A stretch of DNA of 64,000 nt from Trueperaceae bacterium (lineage in GTDB: Bacteria; Deinococcota; Deinococci; Deinococcales; Trueperaceae), in contig OZ243913.1 of the NCBI GenBank assembly GCA_965213705.1, positions 1,408,001 through 1,472,000 on the forward strand. The letters run 5' to 3'. Shown here piece by piece: positions 19,557 to 30,076 of the stretch; position 1 is the stretch's first letter; each line of letters starts with the position of its first letter. The notes below the pieces were generated by a model. That model was not told the DNA's origin and searched no databases. It saw only the letters and a list, made by a program, of their open reading frames with translations. The position numbers and the translations under genes are program-made.

Positions 19557-21434
19557 ATGTGTCCGGTTTACCCCGACGAGAGGCTGCATCAGACACCCCC
19601 GCAAAGGCTCGAGGCTAGCTCCGTGGCCGCCCGCTCCCTGGACGCGCCCGCCCCAGAGCGCATCCCGTTTTACCGCAACGTCAAGGTTATCGGTACCCTG
19701 GCGCAAATTATTTTCGCCGCTATCGTCCTCGTCGCCGCCGTCATTATGGTGCGCAACGTGACCGTGGCGCTGCAACGCTCGAACCTGCCCGCGGACTTCT
19801 CGTTTTTAGACAACCGGGCCGGCGTGCCTATCGCCGAAACACCGATTCCCTACAGCGCTGCGACTAGCAGCTACCTGCGCGCTTTTATCATCGGTGTGCT
19901 CAACACGCTCAAGGTGGCGCTGGTAGGCGTCGTTTTGGCCTCGCTCCTCGGCACGCTCATCGGCGTGATGCGCTTGTCAAACAACTGGATTTTGCGACAG
20001 CTCGCCACGGGCTACGTGGAACTGATTCGCAACACGCCGCTGGCGGTGCAAATCGTGTTTTGGTTTACGGCCGTGTTGACGCCGTTGCCGCCCCGAAGTT
20101 CAAACCCTATTTTTCTGCCGTTCGGCGGCTACTTGAGCAACTTGGGACTGGCGCTGCCGTGGCTTTATCCTTCTTACAGGTTCGCTGCCTGGTGGCCCTG
20201 GCTTTTGGGCGCGCTTCTCGCGGCGGTCGTCGTTTTCGGCCTGCGGCGGCGCAGCATCGAACGCTCCGAACGGCCCGGCAGCCCCTGGCCCCTGACGCTG
20301 CTCACCTTGTTCGGGGTCGCCGCGGTAGGGTACGCCGTCAGCCTGAGCAGCCCCGGTTTGCCCGAAAACGCGGCGACGAGGTTCAATCCCGGCACCGGCG
20401 TCGTCACCGTTTACCAAGACGCCAACGGCAACGGTGCGTTCGACCGTGACGAACCCACCCTTCCCTTTACGCCCGTCACGGTAACCGTTCCGGAAGCCAG
20501 CCTCACCACCCAAACGCAAAACCTCACCGAGTCGCGCCGCTTCGTCTACAGCACTTTCCGCTTTCCTGCCGTTGCGGAAAGCGAGTTCGCTACGGCCGAG
20601 GTGAGTTTCGTCAACCCCGACGAGGCCGAGGGCTTAGCGGTTGCGTTTGACCGTTTTCCGAGCGAGGGCGTCGTGTACCGCGACACCAACGCCAACGGTG
20701 CCTTTGACCGCGGTGAAGAGATTCAAACCCAAAACGGCAACGCTTCGGGCTACAGCGCCCGGTTGCAACTGACCTTGACCGACTTCGAGCGGCGCGTGGT
20801 CAGCGACCGCGACGGCGAACTGCGCATTCCGCGTTTTACCGCAGGTGCGGCGGGCGCGGCGGCGGAGACGACCCGGAACCTGAGTCCTGGGCAGCTGTTC
20901 GGTACCCCCGGCGGGTCGCAAAGCGAGTCGGAGCTGGTCGTCGACTTAGCTCTCGAGACCTCGGGTCCCCTCGTTTTGAGCAAGCCGAGCATCCCCATCA
21001 GCGACTACTTCGGCGGCGTCAGCTTGTCGGTGAGCTACCTTGCCATGCTGCTGGCGCTCGTGATTTACACGGCAAGTTTTATCGCCGAGATAGTGCGCGC
21101 CGGTATCCAGGCAGTTGCCAAGGGCCAGACCGAAGCCGCCAAAGCCCTGGGCTTGAGTGGCTACCAGACTTTCAACCTCATCGTGTTTCCGCAAGCGCTG
21201 CGAATTATCCTGCCGCCGATGATCAGCCAGTACCTCAACCTCACCAAGAACTCGTCGTTGGGTCTTATCGCAGCCTACGTGGAAATCTTCGCCATCAGCG
21301 CGATTATCGCCAACCAAACGGGGGCGTCGGTGCCGATGACGCTCATGGTCATCGCGTCGTACCTCATTATCAGTTTCGGCTTCGCGTTTGTTCTCAACAT
21401 CGTCAACGCCCGCATGGCGTTGGTGGAGCGCTAG
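19557..21434 (+). CDS. aapQ: amino acid ABC transporter permease (AapQ/BztB-like) with a large soluble insertion
   Basis: YVELIRNTPL, AEIVRAGI.AV.KGQ.EAA, YLNLTKNSSL; 625 aa. Confidence 0.88.
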   Translation: MCPVYPDERLHQTPPQRLEASSVAARSLDAPAPERIPFYRNVKVIGTLAQIIFAAIVLVAAVIMVRNVTVALQRSNLPADFSFLDNRAGVPIAETPIPYSAATSSYLRAFIIGVLNTLKVALVGVVLASLLGTLIGVMRLSNNWILRQLATGYVELIRNTPLAVQIVFWFTAVLTPLPPRSSNPIFLPFGGYLSNLGLALPWLYPSYRFAAWWPWLLGALLAAVVVFGLRRRSIERSERPGSPWPLTLLTLFGVAAVGYAVSLSSPGLPENAATRFNPGTGVVTVYQDANGNGAFDRDEPTLPFTPVTVTVPEASLTTQTQNLTESRRFVYSTFRFPAVAESEFATAEVSFVNPDEAEGLAVAFDRFPSEGVVYRDTNANGAFDRGEEIQTQNGNASGYSARLQLTLTDFERRVVSDRDGELRIPRFTAGAAGAAAETTRNLSPGQLFGTPGGSQSESELVVDLALETSGPLVLSKPSIPISDYFGGVSLSVSYLAMLLALVIYTASFIAEIVRAGIQAVAKGQTEAAKALGLSGYQTFNLIVFPQALRIILPPMISQYLNLTKNSSLGLIAAYVEIFAISAIIANQTGASVPMTLMVIASYLIISFGFAFVLNIVNARMALVER

Positions 21435-21449
21435 CATGATAGGAACAGC

Positions 21450-22664
21450 ATGATAGACGCCAGAAACAGACCCGCACGCACCAGCGGCGCAGTGGGCTGG
21501 CTGCGAGAAAACTTGTTCAGTTCGGTATTGAACACGCTCGTTTCCGTGGTCGTCATCGCCGTGGTGCTGTGGGGCTTGTACGGCCTTGTCACCTTCGCTT
21601 TTTTCGGTGCGCACTGGGAGCGGGTCTGGGCGAACATGAAGCTGTTCGCGGTGTACCGCTACCCGTTCGACCTGTTATGGCGACCCCTCGCAATCGTCGC
21701 TCTTATCATGGGTTTGCTCGGAATGACCGCCGGGGTCTCGCGTCACGCCGAGGGCGAAATCATCCGCGGCGTGTTCTGGTGGGTGTTCAGCTTCGTGGTG
21801 ATCGTCAACGTAGCGGCGCTGTTCGATTGGGAGGCGGTGAGGTGGCTCTGGACGCTCGTCACGGTGGCGAGCCTGGTGGGTTACGGCCTGGGCCGGGCGC
21901 AACCGCGGCTGGTGAGCGCGCTGCCGTGGCTGTGGGGCGCGTCTTTGTTGGTGGGTTACGTGCTGCTGCGGGGGGTGGGCTCGAGCGGCGAGTTGCGCGT
22001 GGTCGAAAACCGTGAGTGGGGCGGCTTTTTGCTCACGCTCATCTTGTCGGTCGTGGGCATCGTGGTGAGTTTCCCGCTCGGCATCGCCCTGGCGCTGGGG
22101 CGGCGCAGCAAACTACCGGCGATAAAATACTTCTGCATCGGCTTTATCGAAATCGTGCGCGGCGCGCCCTTAATCATGTGGCTCTTTATCGCTTCGCTGA
22201 TGGTGCCGCTCATTTTCAACATCGACACGAGCAGCGTCGACGCGCTCACCAAGGCGCTCGTTGCGGTGACGCTGTTCTCGGCCGCGTACATGGCCGAGAA
22301 CGTGCGCGGCGGCTTGCAGGCGGTCGGCAAGGGGCAGGAGGAGGCGGCGCGCGCGCTGGGCCTGAGCGGCTGGCAGACGATGCGCAAAATCGTCTTGCCG
22401 CAAGCCCTGCGCGCGGTGATTCCGGCCATCGTGGGCCAGTCCATTGGGCTGTTCAAGGACACCTCGCTCGTCTTCGTGGTCGGCCTGTTCGACTTTTTCA
22501 ACGTCGCCAACGTCGTCGCCAACCAGCCGCAGTCGTTGACGGTGCCGGGCGGGATTCGGCTCGAGCTGTCGCTGTTTTTGGCAATCATCTACTGGTTTTT
22601 CGCGTTTCGCATGAGCGTGGCGAGTCGGCAGCTCGAGAAACAACTCGGCGTCGGCACCCGCTAG
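21450..22664 (+). CDS. aapM: amino acid ABC transporter permease (AapM/BztC-like)
   Basis: WLRENLFSS, LALGRRS.LP, AYMAENVRGGLQAV, LFKDTSLV. Confidence 0.92.
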   Translation: MIDARNRPARTSGAVGWLRENLFSSVLNTLVSVVVIAVVLWGLYGLVTFAFFGAHWERVWANMKLFAVYRYPFDLLWRPLAIVALIMGLLGMTAGVSRHAEGEIIRGVFWWVFSFVVIVNVAALFDWEAVRWLWTLVTVASLVGYGLGRAQPRLVSALPWLWGASLLVGYVLLRGVGSSGELRVVENREWGGFLLTLILSVVGIVVSFPLGIALALGRRSKLPAIKYFCIGFIEIVRGAPLIMWLFIASLMVPLIFNIDTSSVDALTKALVAVTLFSAAYMAENVRGGLQAVGKGQEEAARALGLSGWQTMRKIVLPQALRAVIPAIVGQSIGLFKDTSLVFVVGLFDFFNVANVVANQPQSLTVPGGIRLELSLFLAIIYWFFAFRMSVASRQLEKQLGVGTR

Positions 22665-22681
22665 GCAAGAGGTTACCTTCG

Positions 22682-22725
22682 GTTCTTAGTTTTTAGTTTT
22701 ACCAACAACCAACGACCAACACCCC
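22682..22725. repeat. heptamer-repeat inverted element, family A (short copy)
   Basis: gttctta gttttta gtttt, then accaaca accaacg accaaca. Confidence 0.65.
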
Positions 22726-22739
22726 TTTCAGGAGGTCTT

Positions 22740-23525
22740 ATGGCAGTCACCGAAAAACCAGGCAAAAACGTTCGCGCCGACGCACCCGACGGCGGCGACC
22801 GCATCATCGAAATCGCCGACCTCAACAAGTGGTACGGCGACTTTCACGTGCTCAAAGACATCAACTTGTCTGTCAACAAGGGTGAGGTGGTGGTCGTCAT
22901 CGGGCCGTCGGGCTCGGGCAAGTCCACGCTGATTCGCTGCGTGAACCGTCTGGAGGAGCACCAAGAAGGCCGCATCTCCGTGGACGGCACCGAACTCACC
23001 GACGACGTGCGCAAAATCGACCAGGTGCGCCGCGAGACCGGCATGGTCTTTCAGCAGTTCAACCTGTTCCCGCACCTCACCGTGATGGAGAACATCACCC
23101 TGGCCCCGATTCGCGTGCGCAAGTGGAAAAAGTCCAAGGCCGAGGAGCGGGCGATGTACTTTTTGGAAAAAGTCCACGTGCCCGAGCAGGCGCACAAGTA
23201 TCCGGGCCAGCTCTCGGGCGGGCAGCAGCAGCGGGTGGCGATTGCACGGGCGCTCACGATGGAGCCCAAAGTGATGCTCTTCGACGAGCCCACCAGCGCC
23301 CTCGACCCCGAGGTCATCGGCGAAGTCCTGGAGGTCATGGTGAACCTAGCCAAAGAGGGCATGACGATGATCGTGGTCACGCACGAGATGGGCTTCGCGC
23401 GCGAGGTCGGCAACCGGGTGGTGTTTATGGACGCGGGCCAAGTCGTCGAGGTCGGGCCGCCCGAGCATTTTTTCACCAACCCGCAAGAGGAGCGCACAAG
23501 GTCGTTTTTGTCGAAGATTTTGTGA
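22740..23525 (+). CDS. aapP: amino acid ABC transporter ATP-binding protein (AapP/GlnQ-like)
   Basis: [35 protein letters not shown]. Confidence 0.95.
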   Translation: MAVTEKPGKNVRADAPDGGDRIIEIADLNKWYGDFHVLKDINLSVNKGEVVVVIGPSGSGKSTLIRCVNRLEEHQEGRISVDGTELTDDVRKIDQVRRETGMVFQQFNLFPHLTVMENITLAPIRVRKWKKSKAEERAMYFLEKVHVPEQAHKYPGQLSGGQQQRVAIARALTMEPKVMLFDEPTSALDPEVIGEVLEVMVNLAKEGMTMIVVTHEMGFAREVGNRVVFMDAGQVVEVGPPEHFFTNPQEERTRSFLSKIL

Positions 23526-23659
23526 CATTTTGCTTGAACCGGCACAAAAAAAAGGCTCGAGCCGTTCGGGACAGGGGCGGGTTTCAAGCTCGCCCCTCCA
23601 GCGTGTTGAAAAAACACGTCCACAGCAACGTTTTACCTGCTTGGACACAAAAAGAGGTT

Positions 23660-23743
23660 ATGAGTGATAGACCTCTTGCAAAAATCCAATTAGACGACGA
23701 AGGTTACCGACTCGTACGGTTGATACTTTCGCAAGAAGTCTAA
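23660..23743 (+). CDS. putative 27-aa small protein
   Basis: AAGAGG RBS just before ATG; translation MSDRPLAKIQLDDEGYRLVRLILSQEV. No family recognised. Confidence 0.35.
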   Translation: MSDRPLAKIQLDDEGYRLVRLILSQEV

Positions 23744-23852
23744 CGTCCAGCGCGAAAAGTTTTACTGCATTTTTTCTTCAAACCGTTACACTCGAGAGAG
23801 TGCTCTCGGTGTCGCCGGAGCCGAGACGGCTTGGGACAAGGAGCTTGGGCGC

Positions 23853-25070
23853 ATGGCAGATTATGGCAGTAGGGGTGGACGCAGCGCTGAGCAAAGCCCA
23901 ACCGGGCAAAACAGGGGCGTGCGCATCGCCGACATGCTCAAAAACATCGTCGCGCAGCGAGCTTCGGACATTCACCTGCAGGCGGGCGCGCCGCCCTACA
24001 TACGCGTAGACGGCAGTCTGCAGGCTTACGAAAGCGTGCCCGTACTGACGCCGCAACAGACCGAACAGATTGCCCTCGCCATGATGTCGGAGCCGCAACG
24101 CGAACTTTTCTTGCACCGGCACGAACTCGACTTTGCCTTTACCATCCCCAACATAGCCCGGTTTCGCTGCAACGTGTTCCGGCAACGGGGCTCGGTCGGT
24201 ATCGTCATGCGCGTGGTGCAAGACAGCGTACCGAGTTTTGAAACGTTGGGTTTGCCCACCGGGGTCGTTACCGAATTCGCCGCCCAATCGCGCGGTCTGG
24301 TGCTCGTCACGGGACCGACCGGCCACGGTAAGTCCACCACCTTGGCCGCGATGGTCGACCACATCAACCGCAAGTATCCCCGCAACATTCTCACCGTCGA
24401 AGACCCCATCGAAGTGCTGCACGCAAACCAGCGCAGCCTCGTCATCCAGCGCGAAGTCGGTCTGGACACCGCCGACTTTGCCGACGCGCTCAAGTACGCG
24501 ATGCGCCAAGACCCCGACGTCATCATGATTGGCGAGATGCGCGACCGCGAAACTGCCGAGGCGGCCATCAGCGCGGCGCAGACCGGCCACCTTGTGCTCA
24601 GCACACTGCACACGCTCGACTCGATTCGCACCATCAACCGCATCATCGACTTTTTTCCGCCTTTCGAACGCCCGCAGGTTCGTATTTTGCTGGCTGATTC
24701 GCTGCTCGGCATTATCAGCCAGCGGCTGTTGCCGAGCAGCGACGGGGGGGGGCGCGTGTTGGCGCACGAGGTGCTTATCAACTCGCCGCTGGTGCGCGAC
24801 TATCTCAAAGACGAAGACAAAACGCCTCTTATCAAAGAGGCGCTTCAAGAGGACAACCTGCGCGGCATGAAAACGTTCGACCAGCACTTGGTCGAGCTTT
24901 ACCTGAGCGGAAAAGTGACGATGGAGGACGCGCTCGCCGCCTCGACAAGCGCTCACGAGTTCAAGGTCATGCTGACGCAGCAGCGCAACGGCGGTGAAGA
25001 CTACCCGTCCAAAAGAGAATCGGAGCGTTTGCGCGGCGGAACCTACCAAGGGCACAGCAGCAGGTTTTAG
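23853..25070 (+). CDS. pilT: PilT/PilU family type IV pilus retraction ATPase
   Basis: ASDIHL, GPTGHGKSTT, EDPIE, RQDPDVIMIGEMRD, TGHLVLSTLH. Confidence 0.9.
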   Translation: MADYGSRGGRSAEQSPTGQNRGVRIADMLKNIVAQRASDIHLQAGAPPYIRVDGSLQAYESVPVLTPQQTEQIALAMMSEPQRELFLHRHELDFAFTIPNIARFRCNVFRQRGSVGIVMRVVQDSVPSFETLGLPTGVVTEFAAQSRGLVLVTGPTGHGKSTTLAAMVDHINRKYPRNILTVEDPIEVLHANQRSLVIQREVGLDTADFADALKYAMRQDPDVIMIGEMRDRETAEAAISAAQTGHLVLSTLHTLDSIRTINRIIDFFPPFERPQVRILLADSLLGIISQRLLPSSDGGGRVLAHEVLINSPLVRDYLKDEDKTPLIKEALQEDNLRGMKTFDQHLVELYLSGKVTMEDALAASTSAHEFKVMLTQQRNGGEDYPSKRESERLRGGTYQGHSSRF

Positions 25071-25173
25071 CGCCCGGCTCGAGCGCACCTCACCAGGCCC
25101 GAAGACCGGAAACCTCAACTGAGTGTTCCGGTGGCGCAACGGGTCCCGTCCGGCACAACGTCAAGCTGCCCCT

Positions 25174-26520
25174 TTAGGCAAAGAGAACGTTGGGCCGCCA
25201 CGGAACCCCGGCGACCACCTCGCCGTGCAGGTCGTAGGCGCTCGCTTCCGTCACCTTCACCTTGACGATGTCGCCGATTTTGACAGTGCCGTCGGAGGTT
25301 GCGAACACCGCGCCGTCGATGTCGGGCGCGTCGTACTTGCTACGCCCCTTGAGGTCACCCGGCAAGTCACCGTAATCGTCTACGATAACCTCCAGCGTTT
25401 GGCCGACCCGTGAGCGCTGCTTCTCAAAGCTAATTTCTTGCTGCGTTGCCATAAAGCGCGCGAAGCGTTCTTGTTTAACCTCTTCCGGTACGCTGCCGGG
25501 CAGGGCGTTGGCCGCCGCGCCCGGCACCTCGCTGTAGGTAAAGCCGCCGACGCGCTCGAGCCGAGCCTCCCGCAGAAAGTCCAACAGCAACTCAAAATCC
25601 TCTTCGGTCTCGCCCGGAAACCCGACGATAAAGGTGCTGCGGATGGCGAGTTCGGGGCAAAGGGTGCGCCACTCCCGAATCGTTTGCAGGTGACTTTCCG
25701 CGCCGCCGGGCCGCCGCATGGCGCGCAGAATTTTGGGGCTGGCGTGCTGCAGCGGCACGTCTAAATAAGGGAGCAGCTTACCCTCGGCCATGAGGGGAAT
25801 GAGGTCGCGGACGTGCGGGTAAGGGTAAACATAGTGCAACCGCACCCACGCGCCCATTTGGGCCAACTCGCTCACCAGCGGGACGAGGTGCGCACGCACG
25901 CTGCGCCCCTGAAACTCACTCTCACAGTAGCCAATGTCCACGCCGTAAGCGCTAGAATCTTGCGCGATGACGAGCAGTTCCTTAGTACCCGAGGCGACAA
26001 GCCGGTAAGCTTCGTACAGCACGTCGCCTGCGTCGCGTGAAACCTGCAACCCGCGCAACTGCGGAATAATACAAAAGCTGCACTTGTGGTTGCAACCCTC
26101 GGCGATTTTTAGGTAACTGTAGTGGCGCGGGGTGAGCTTGACGCCTTGCGGCAAGAGCGTGGTGAACGGGTTGTCGTCGGGCGGCAGCGCGCTGTGGACG
26201 GCGTTCATGACGCCCGCGACGTCGCCCTGCCCGGTCACCGCCAGGACGCCCTTGTGGCGGGCGCGAATCGTCTCCGGCTTTTCGCCCAAACAGCCCGTGA
26301 CGATGACCTTGCCGTTGTGTTCCAGCGCCTCGCCTATAGCGCTCAGCGATTCCTCGACCGCCGGGGTGATAAAGCCGCAGGTGTTGACCACGACGAGGTC
26401 GGCGTCCTCATAGCTCGGCGACACCGCGTATCCCTCGGCGCGCAGTTGCGTCAGGATGCGTTCGCTGTCGACCAGCGCTTTGGGACAGCCCAAGCTTACA
26501 AATCCGACTCTACCCGTCAT
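25174..26520 (-). CDS. rimO: ribosomal protein S12 methylthiotransferase
   Basis: [18 protein letters not shown], radical SAM motif CNHKCSFC, C-terminal TRAM domain with APDIDG. Confidence 0.96.
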   Translation of the reverse strand: MTGRVGFVSLGCPKALVDSERILTQLRAEGYAVSPSYEDADLVVVNTCGFITPAVEESLSAIGEALEHNGKVIVTGCLGEKPETIRARHKGVLAVTGQGDVAGVMNAVHSALPPDDNPFTTLLPQGVKLTPRHYSYLKIAEGCNHKCSFCIIPQLRGLQVSRDAGDVLYEAYRLVASGTKELLVIAQDSSAYGVDIGYCESEFQGRSVRAHLVPLVSELAQMGAWVRLHYVYPYPHVRDLIPLMAEGKLLPYLDVPLQHASPKILRAMRRPGGAESHLQTIREWRTLCPELAIRSTFIVGFPGETEEDFELLLDFLREARLERVGGFTYSEVPGAAANALPGSVPEEVKQERFARFMATQQEISFEKQRSRVGQTLEVIVDDYGDLPGDLKGRSKYDAPDIDGAVFATSDGTVKIGDIVKVKVTEASAYDLHGEVVAGVPWRPNVLFA

Positions 26521-26588
26521 TCAAACCCGTCATACGCTCAACTCCAAAACCTGTCTCGAGTCCCGAGTATAGCCCAGTCCGGCGCGGT

Positions 26589-27815
26589 TCAAACTTTTTT
26601 GGCGGACGAAGCAACAGACGGGGCGAAAGTTTTCGACGCTCCGACGCTCCGCAGCCACGGTCTGACCTGTCCCGCCAGGTACAAAGACCCCGCGACGACG
26701 ACAATTGCCCCCTCGGGGCAGGCTGCCAGCGCCGCCGCCAGCGCCGTCAGGGGTTCCGGTACGACCCGGCGACCCGGCTCCAAGTCCGGATTCACCTGTC
26801 CCTCGACGCGAGTAACAATCGTCGTCAGGGCGTCCGTCTCGAGCGGTTTCAGCGTCGCCGCGCCCTGCTTTTTGGGCAGCGCCCCGAAGACGAGGAGGTA
26901 GGGCGCGTCCAAGGTGGCGCGCAAGGCCCGCGCGGCTGCGGGGTTGTGGCCACCGTCGACGATGACGGTTTTGCCGCCAAGCTGAAACACCTCGCGGCGG
27001 CCGGGCGGGGGCTGAGAGGCCAGGCCGACGAGTACCGCGTCCTCCGCAACGTTTAAAAGTCGCAACGTGGCCGCGGCGAGGCGGCGGTTTTGCTGTTGAA
27101 AAGGGTATAGAGCCTGCTCAAAGTCAGGCGGCAGCGCAAACAGGGGAGAGCTTGACAAGTGAAAAAGGGGGCTCGAGCGTACCGCGGCCATTTCCGCCAC
27201 CACCTCTAGCGCTTCACCCTGCGCCGCCGTGACGACGGGCACCCCCGGCCGCACCGCCGCGGCCTTGTCACGGGCAATGTCGCGCAACGTCTCGCCGAGG
27301 GTGGCCTGGTGCTCCAAAGAGACGTTGGTAATGACCACGGCTCGAACGTTCTCCAGGGTGATGGTCGCGTCGTTTTTGGCCCCCACGCCCGCCTCGACCA
27401 CGGCCCACTCAACCTGCTCGCGTTCAAAACGGTGCAGGGCCAGGGCGTAACAAAGTTCGAAAAAAGCCGCGTCGGGCTGTAAAAGTTTGAGGGTTCGGAC
27501 AAACTCGAGCACGTCCTGTTCGCTTATGAGTTTCCCGTCGACCATGACCCGCTCCCGAAACTCTTCGACGTGCGGAGAAACGAACGCGCCCGTCCGAAAC
27601 CCCGCCGCGCTCAACCCTACGGCGACCGCCTGCGTCACGCTGCCCTTGCCGTTCGTGCCGACGACGTGAACGCCGTTCGGGGGCGAGCCGAGGTGCAGCG
27701 CCGCGAGAAGCGCGCGCGTTCGTTCAGGGTCGCGCGGCGCACCCGAACGGGTTTGCGCAAAAAGCCAAGCGAGGGCGTTTTCGTAAGTCACCAGGGGGGG
27801 CGTCGGACGGCTCAT
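26589..27815 (-). CDS. folC: folylpolyglutamate synthase/dihydrofolate synthase
   Basis: HVVGTNGKGS, SPH...RER, EAGVG...DAT, DGGHNP, GSLYLAG. Confidence 0.92.
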   Translation of the reverse strand: MSRPTPPLVTYENALAWLFAQTRSGAPRDPERTRALLAALHLGSPPNGVHVVGTNGKGSVTQAVAVGLSAAGFRTGAFVSPHVEEFRERVMVDGKLISEQDVLEFVRTLKLLQPDAAFFELCYALALHRFEREQVEWAVVEAGVGAKNDATITLENVRAVVITNVSLEHQATLGETLRDIARDKAAAVRPGVPVVTAAQGEALEVVAEMAAVRSSPLFHLSSSPLFALPPDFEQALYPFQQQNRRLAAATLRLLNVAEDAVLVGLASQPPPGRREVFQLGGKTVIVDGGHNPAAARALRATLDAPYLLVFGALPKKQGAATLKPLETDALTTIVTRVEGQVNPDLEPGRRVVPEPLTALAAALAACPEGAIVVVAGSLYLAGQVRPWLRSVGASKTFAPSVASSAKKV

Positions 27816-27851
27816 CGGCAGGCTGGATTATAAGCTCAACGCTTCAAAAAA

Positions 27852-27918
27852 GCACCGAGTACCGTGTTAAAAATGTTTTTGACTCGGTACTTTCAACTCG
27901 GTCCTCGGTACTTTCGAC
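27852..27918. repeat. heptamer-repeat element, family B (ACTCGGT)
   Basis: accgagt arm followed by actcggtactttcaactcggtcctcggtactt; 31 of 32 nt identical to 57379-57410. Confidence 0.8.
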
Positions 27919-27985
27919 TTGCCCCTTCCCCTGCATATAGCTTTGCTCATTACGCGCGCCCGCCGAAATAGGTCAATATAGAGAG

Positions 27986-29287
27986 GTGATTACCGACGAC
28001 TTAGCCCGCGAACTCATCGAATCCCACCCGCTCGACACTGCCAGGGTGTTGGAACGGCTCGAGCCTGACGCAGCCTGGGCGGTATTGGCCGGTTTGGACG
28101 AGGACTTGCGCCCGCCCATCGTCGAAGGCTTCAGCCCCGACTACGCCGCCCGGCTGCTGTTCGAGCCCAGTCTGGACACGGCCGTCGACATCGTCCGCGC
28201 GCTGCCCTCGGAGGTCAGCGCGGACATCTTGGAGCACCTCTCGGACGCCGAGAGTGAACGTCTGTTGAGCGCGCTGCCCAGCCTCCATGCCGACGAAATC
28301 GAAGAACTCAGCGAGTACCCCGAAGACACGGTGGGCAGCGTCATGAGCCCGGAATTTGTGGCGTTGCGTGACAGCGCCACCGTCGCCGACGCGCTGACGC
28401 GGTTGCGGCGCTTGGCGATGGTCGGGCGCAACGTGAACTACGTCTACGTCGTCGACGACGCGGGGCGGCTGCGCGGCGTGTTGGTGCTGCGCGACCTCAT
28501 CCTGGCGCAACCCGACACTTCCTTAAAGCGCCTCATGATTACCAACGTGGTCAAGGTTTACACGAGCGACGAACTCGACGACGTCGCCGACGTGCTGCTC
28601 GAGAAACGGCTGATGTCGGTGCCGGTAGTGGACGACGGCGAAACGCTGAAGGGGGTCGTCTTTGCCACCCAACTCGTCAACGAGTTGCAAGAAGAGGGCT
28701 TCGAAGACGCGCAAAAGATGTTCGGGGCCGGTTCGGACGAGCACGCTTCTTCGACGCCGCGCTTCGCCATCCGCAAGCGCTTACCCTGGTTGACGGTGAA
28801 CTTGGCGACGGCCTTTTTGGCGGCGGCCGTCGTCGGCGCGTTCAACAGCGTCATCGCGCAGATTACGATATTGGCGGCCTTTTTGCCGGTCGTCGCCGGT
28901 CAGGGCGGCAACGCGGGCGCGCAGGCCTTGGCCGTCACCCTGCGTTCGCTCGCGCTAGACGAACTCGACGCGCGCCGGCCGCGCAAGCTCATCGTCAAAG
29001 AAGCGTTGGTGGGCTTAACCAACGGCTTAGCGACCGGCGTTTTGGCCGGCGGTTTGGCGGCGCTCTTCAGCGGCAACGTAGCGCTCGGCTTCGTCATCGC
29101 GGCGGCGATGGTCCTGAACCTCGTCATGGCGGGGGTGGCGGGCGCGGCGATTCCGGTCGTGATGGAGCGCTACGGCCAAGACCCCGCGCAGTCGAGCAAC
29201 ATCATCCTGACAACGGTCACCGACATCGTCGGCTTCGCCTCGTTTTTGGGGTTGGCGGTGGCCGCCAAGGGTTGGTTGCTGCGTTAG
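27986..29287 (+). CDS. mgtE: magnesium transporter MgtE
   Basis: MgtE N-domain, CBS pair, RKRLPWL, GGNAGAQ, DPA....I.TT.TD. Confidence 0.95.
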   Translation: MITDDLARELIESHPLDTARVLERLEPDAAWAVLAGLDEDLRPPIVEGFSPDYAARLLFEPSLDTAVDIVRALPSEVSADILEHLSDAESERLLSALPSLHADEIEELSEYPEDTVGSVMSPEFVALRDSATVADALTRLRRLAMVGRNVNYVYVVDDAGRLRGVLVLRDLILAQPDTSLKRLMITNVVKVYTSDELDDVADVLLEKRLMSVPVVDDGETLKGVVFATQLVNELQEEGFEDAQKMFGAGSDEHASSTPRFAIRKRLPWLTVNLATAFLAAAVVGAFNSVIAQITILAAFLPVVAGQGGNAGAQALAVTLRSLALDELDARRPRKLIVKEALVGLTNGLATGVLAGGLAALFSGNVALGFVIAAAMVLNLVMAGVAGAAIPVVMERYGQDPAQSSNIILTTVTDIVGFASFLGLAVAAKGWLLR

Positions 29288-29398
29288 GTTTGGTCGCGGC
29301 CCGCTAAAGTCTGCCCGACTCGAGCCGCGACCGAACCAACGGTTTGGGCGTCGGGGTGTCGCTCATGTCCGACGTTCGCTGCGGCAGCTTCACTTTCC

Positions 29399-30076
29399 TT
29401 AGTTCGCTTTTCCGGGGTCACTTTTTCTGCGTCTGCGTCTCGAGCCCCGGCGGCGTTTGGGCGCTTCGGTTTGGGCGGGTTCGTCCGCATCGACGCGGAC
29501 GAGTGAAGCCTCCAAAGGGTGACCTTCAAAGGGTTGGCTCATCAGCAGGATGGGGTGAGGCGGCTCGGTTGCGACGTACAAGTAGCTGTTGCCCGGCCTG
29601 AGCACGTAGGCGTAGGCCGCCTTTTCGCCCGCGACCGTGTCCAGCGTCGTTTCGCCCAGGCGGTCGACCAAAACGGTTTTGCCGAGCAGCGGCACGCGCA
29701 GCGGGGTCTCGAGCGCGCCCAGGTTGCGAACGTGGTAGAGAAGGCCGAGCGGGTCCTCGAGCGGTTCTAAGTACGGCACCGCCGCGCTGTCGCTCCCGCC
29801 CCGCGTGGCCTTAACAAGACCGTCGTCTACGTCGAACTCGACGATGAAACTGCGGGAGTCGTTGGGCGTCACCGTTTTTTCTTGAAACGAAAAGCTGAAG
29901 AACTGCTCCCGGTGCACCTTGCTTTCTTGCGTTACGGTGCCGTTCAGCAGCCGGTCTTGCACCGTCAGTTTGGCCCCCAGCAGCGCCGTGCGGCCCCGGA
30001 AACTGGTGCTGAGCGTGTGGCTGCCCACGGGCTTGCCCCGCAGGGACAAGCGGTAGTGACAAACTTCGACTGACAT
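29399..30076 (-). CDS. hypothetical protein with basic C-terminal tail
   Basis: 225-aa ORF with host-like codon usage; TAGTCT -10 box just before the ATG. Confidence 0.75.
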   Translation of the reverse strand: MSVEVCHYRLSLRGKPVGSHTLSTSFRGRTALLGAKLTVQDRLLNGTVTQESKVHREQFFSFSFQEKTVTPNDSRSFIVEFDVDDGLVKATRGGSDSAAVPYLEPLEDPLGLLYHVRNLGALETPLRVPLLGKTVLVDRLGETTLDTVAGEKAAYAYVLRPGNSYLYVATEPPHPILLMSQPFEGHPLEASLVRVDADEPAQTEAPKRRRGSRRRRRKSDPGKAN

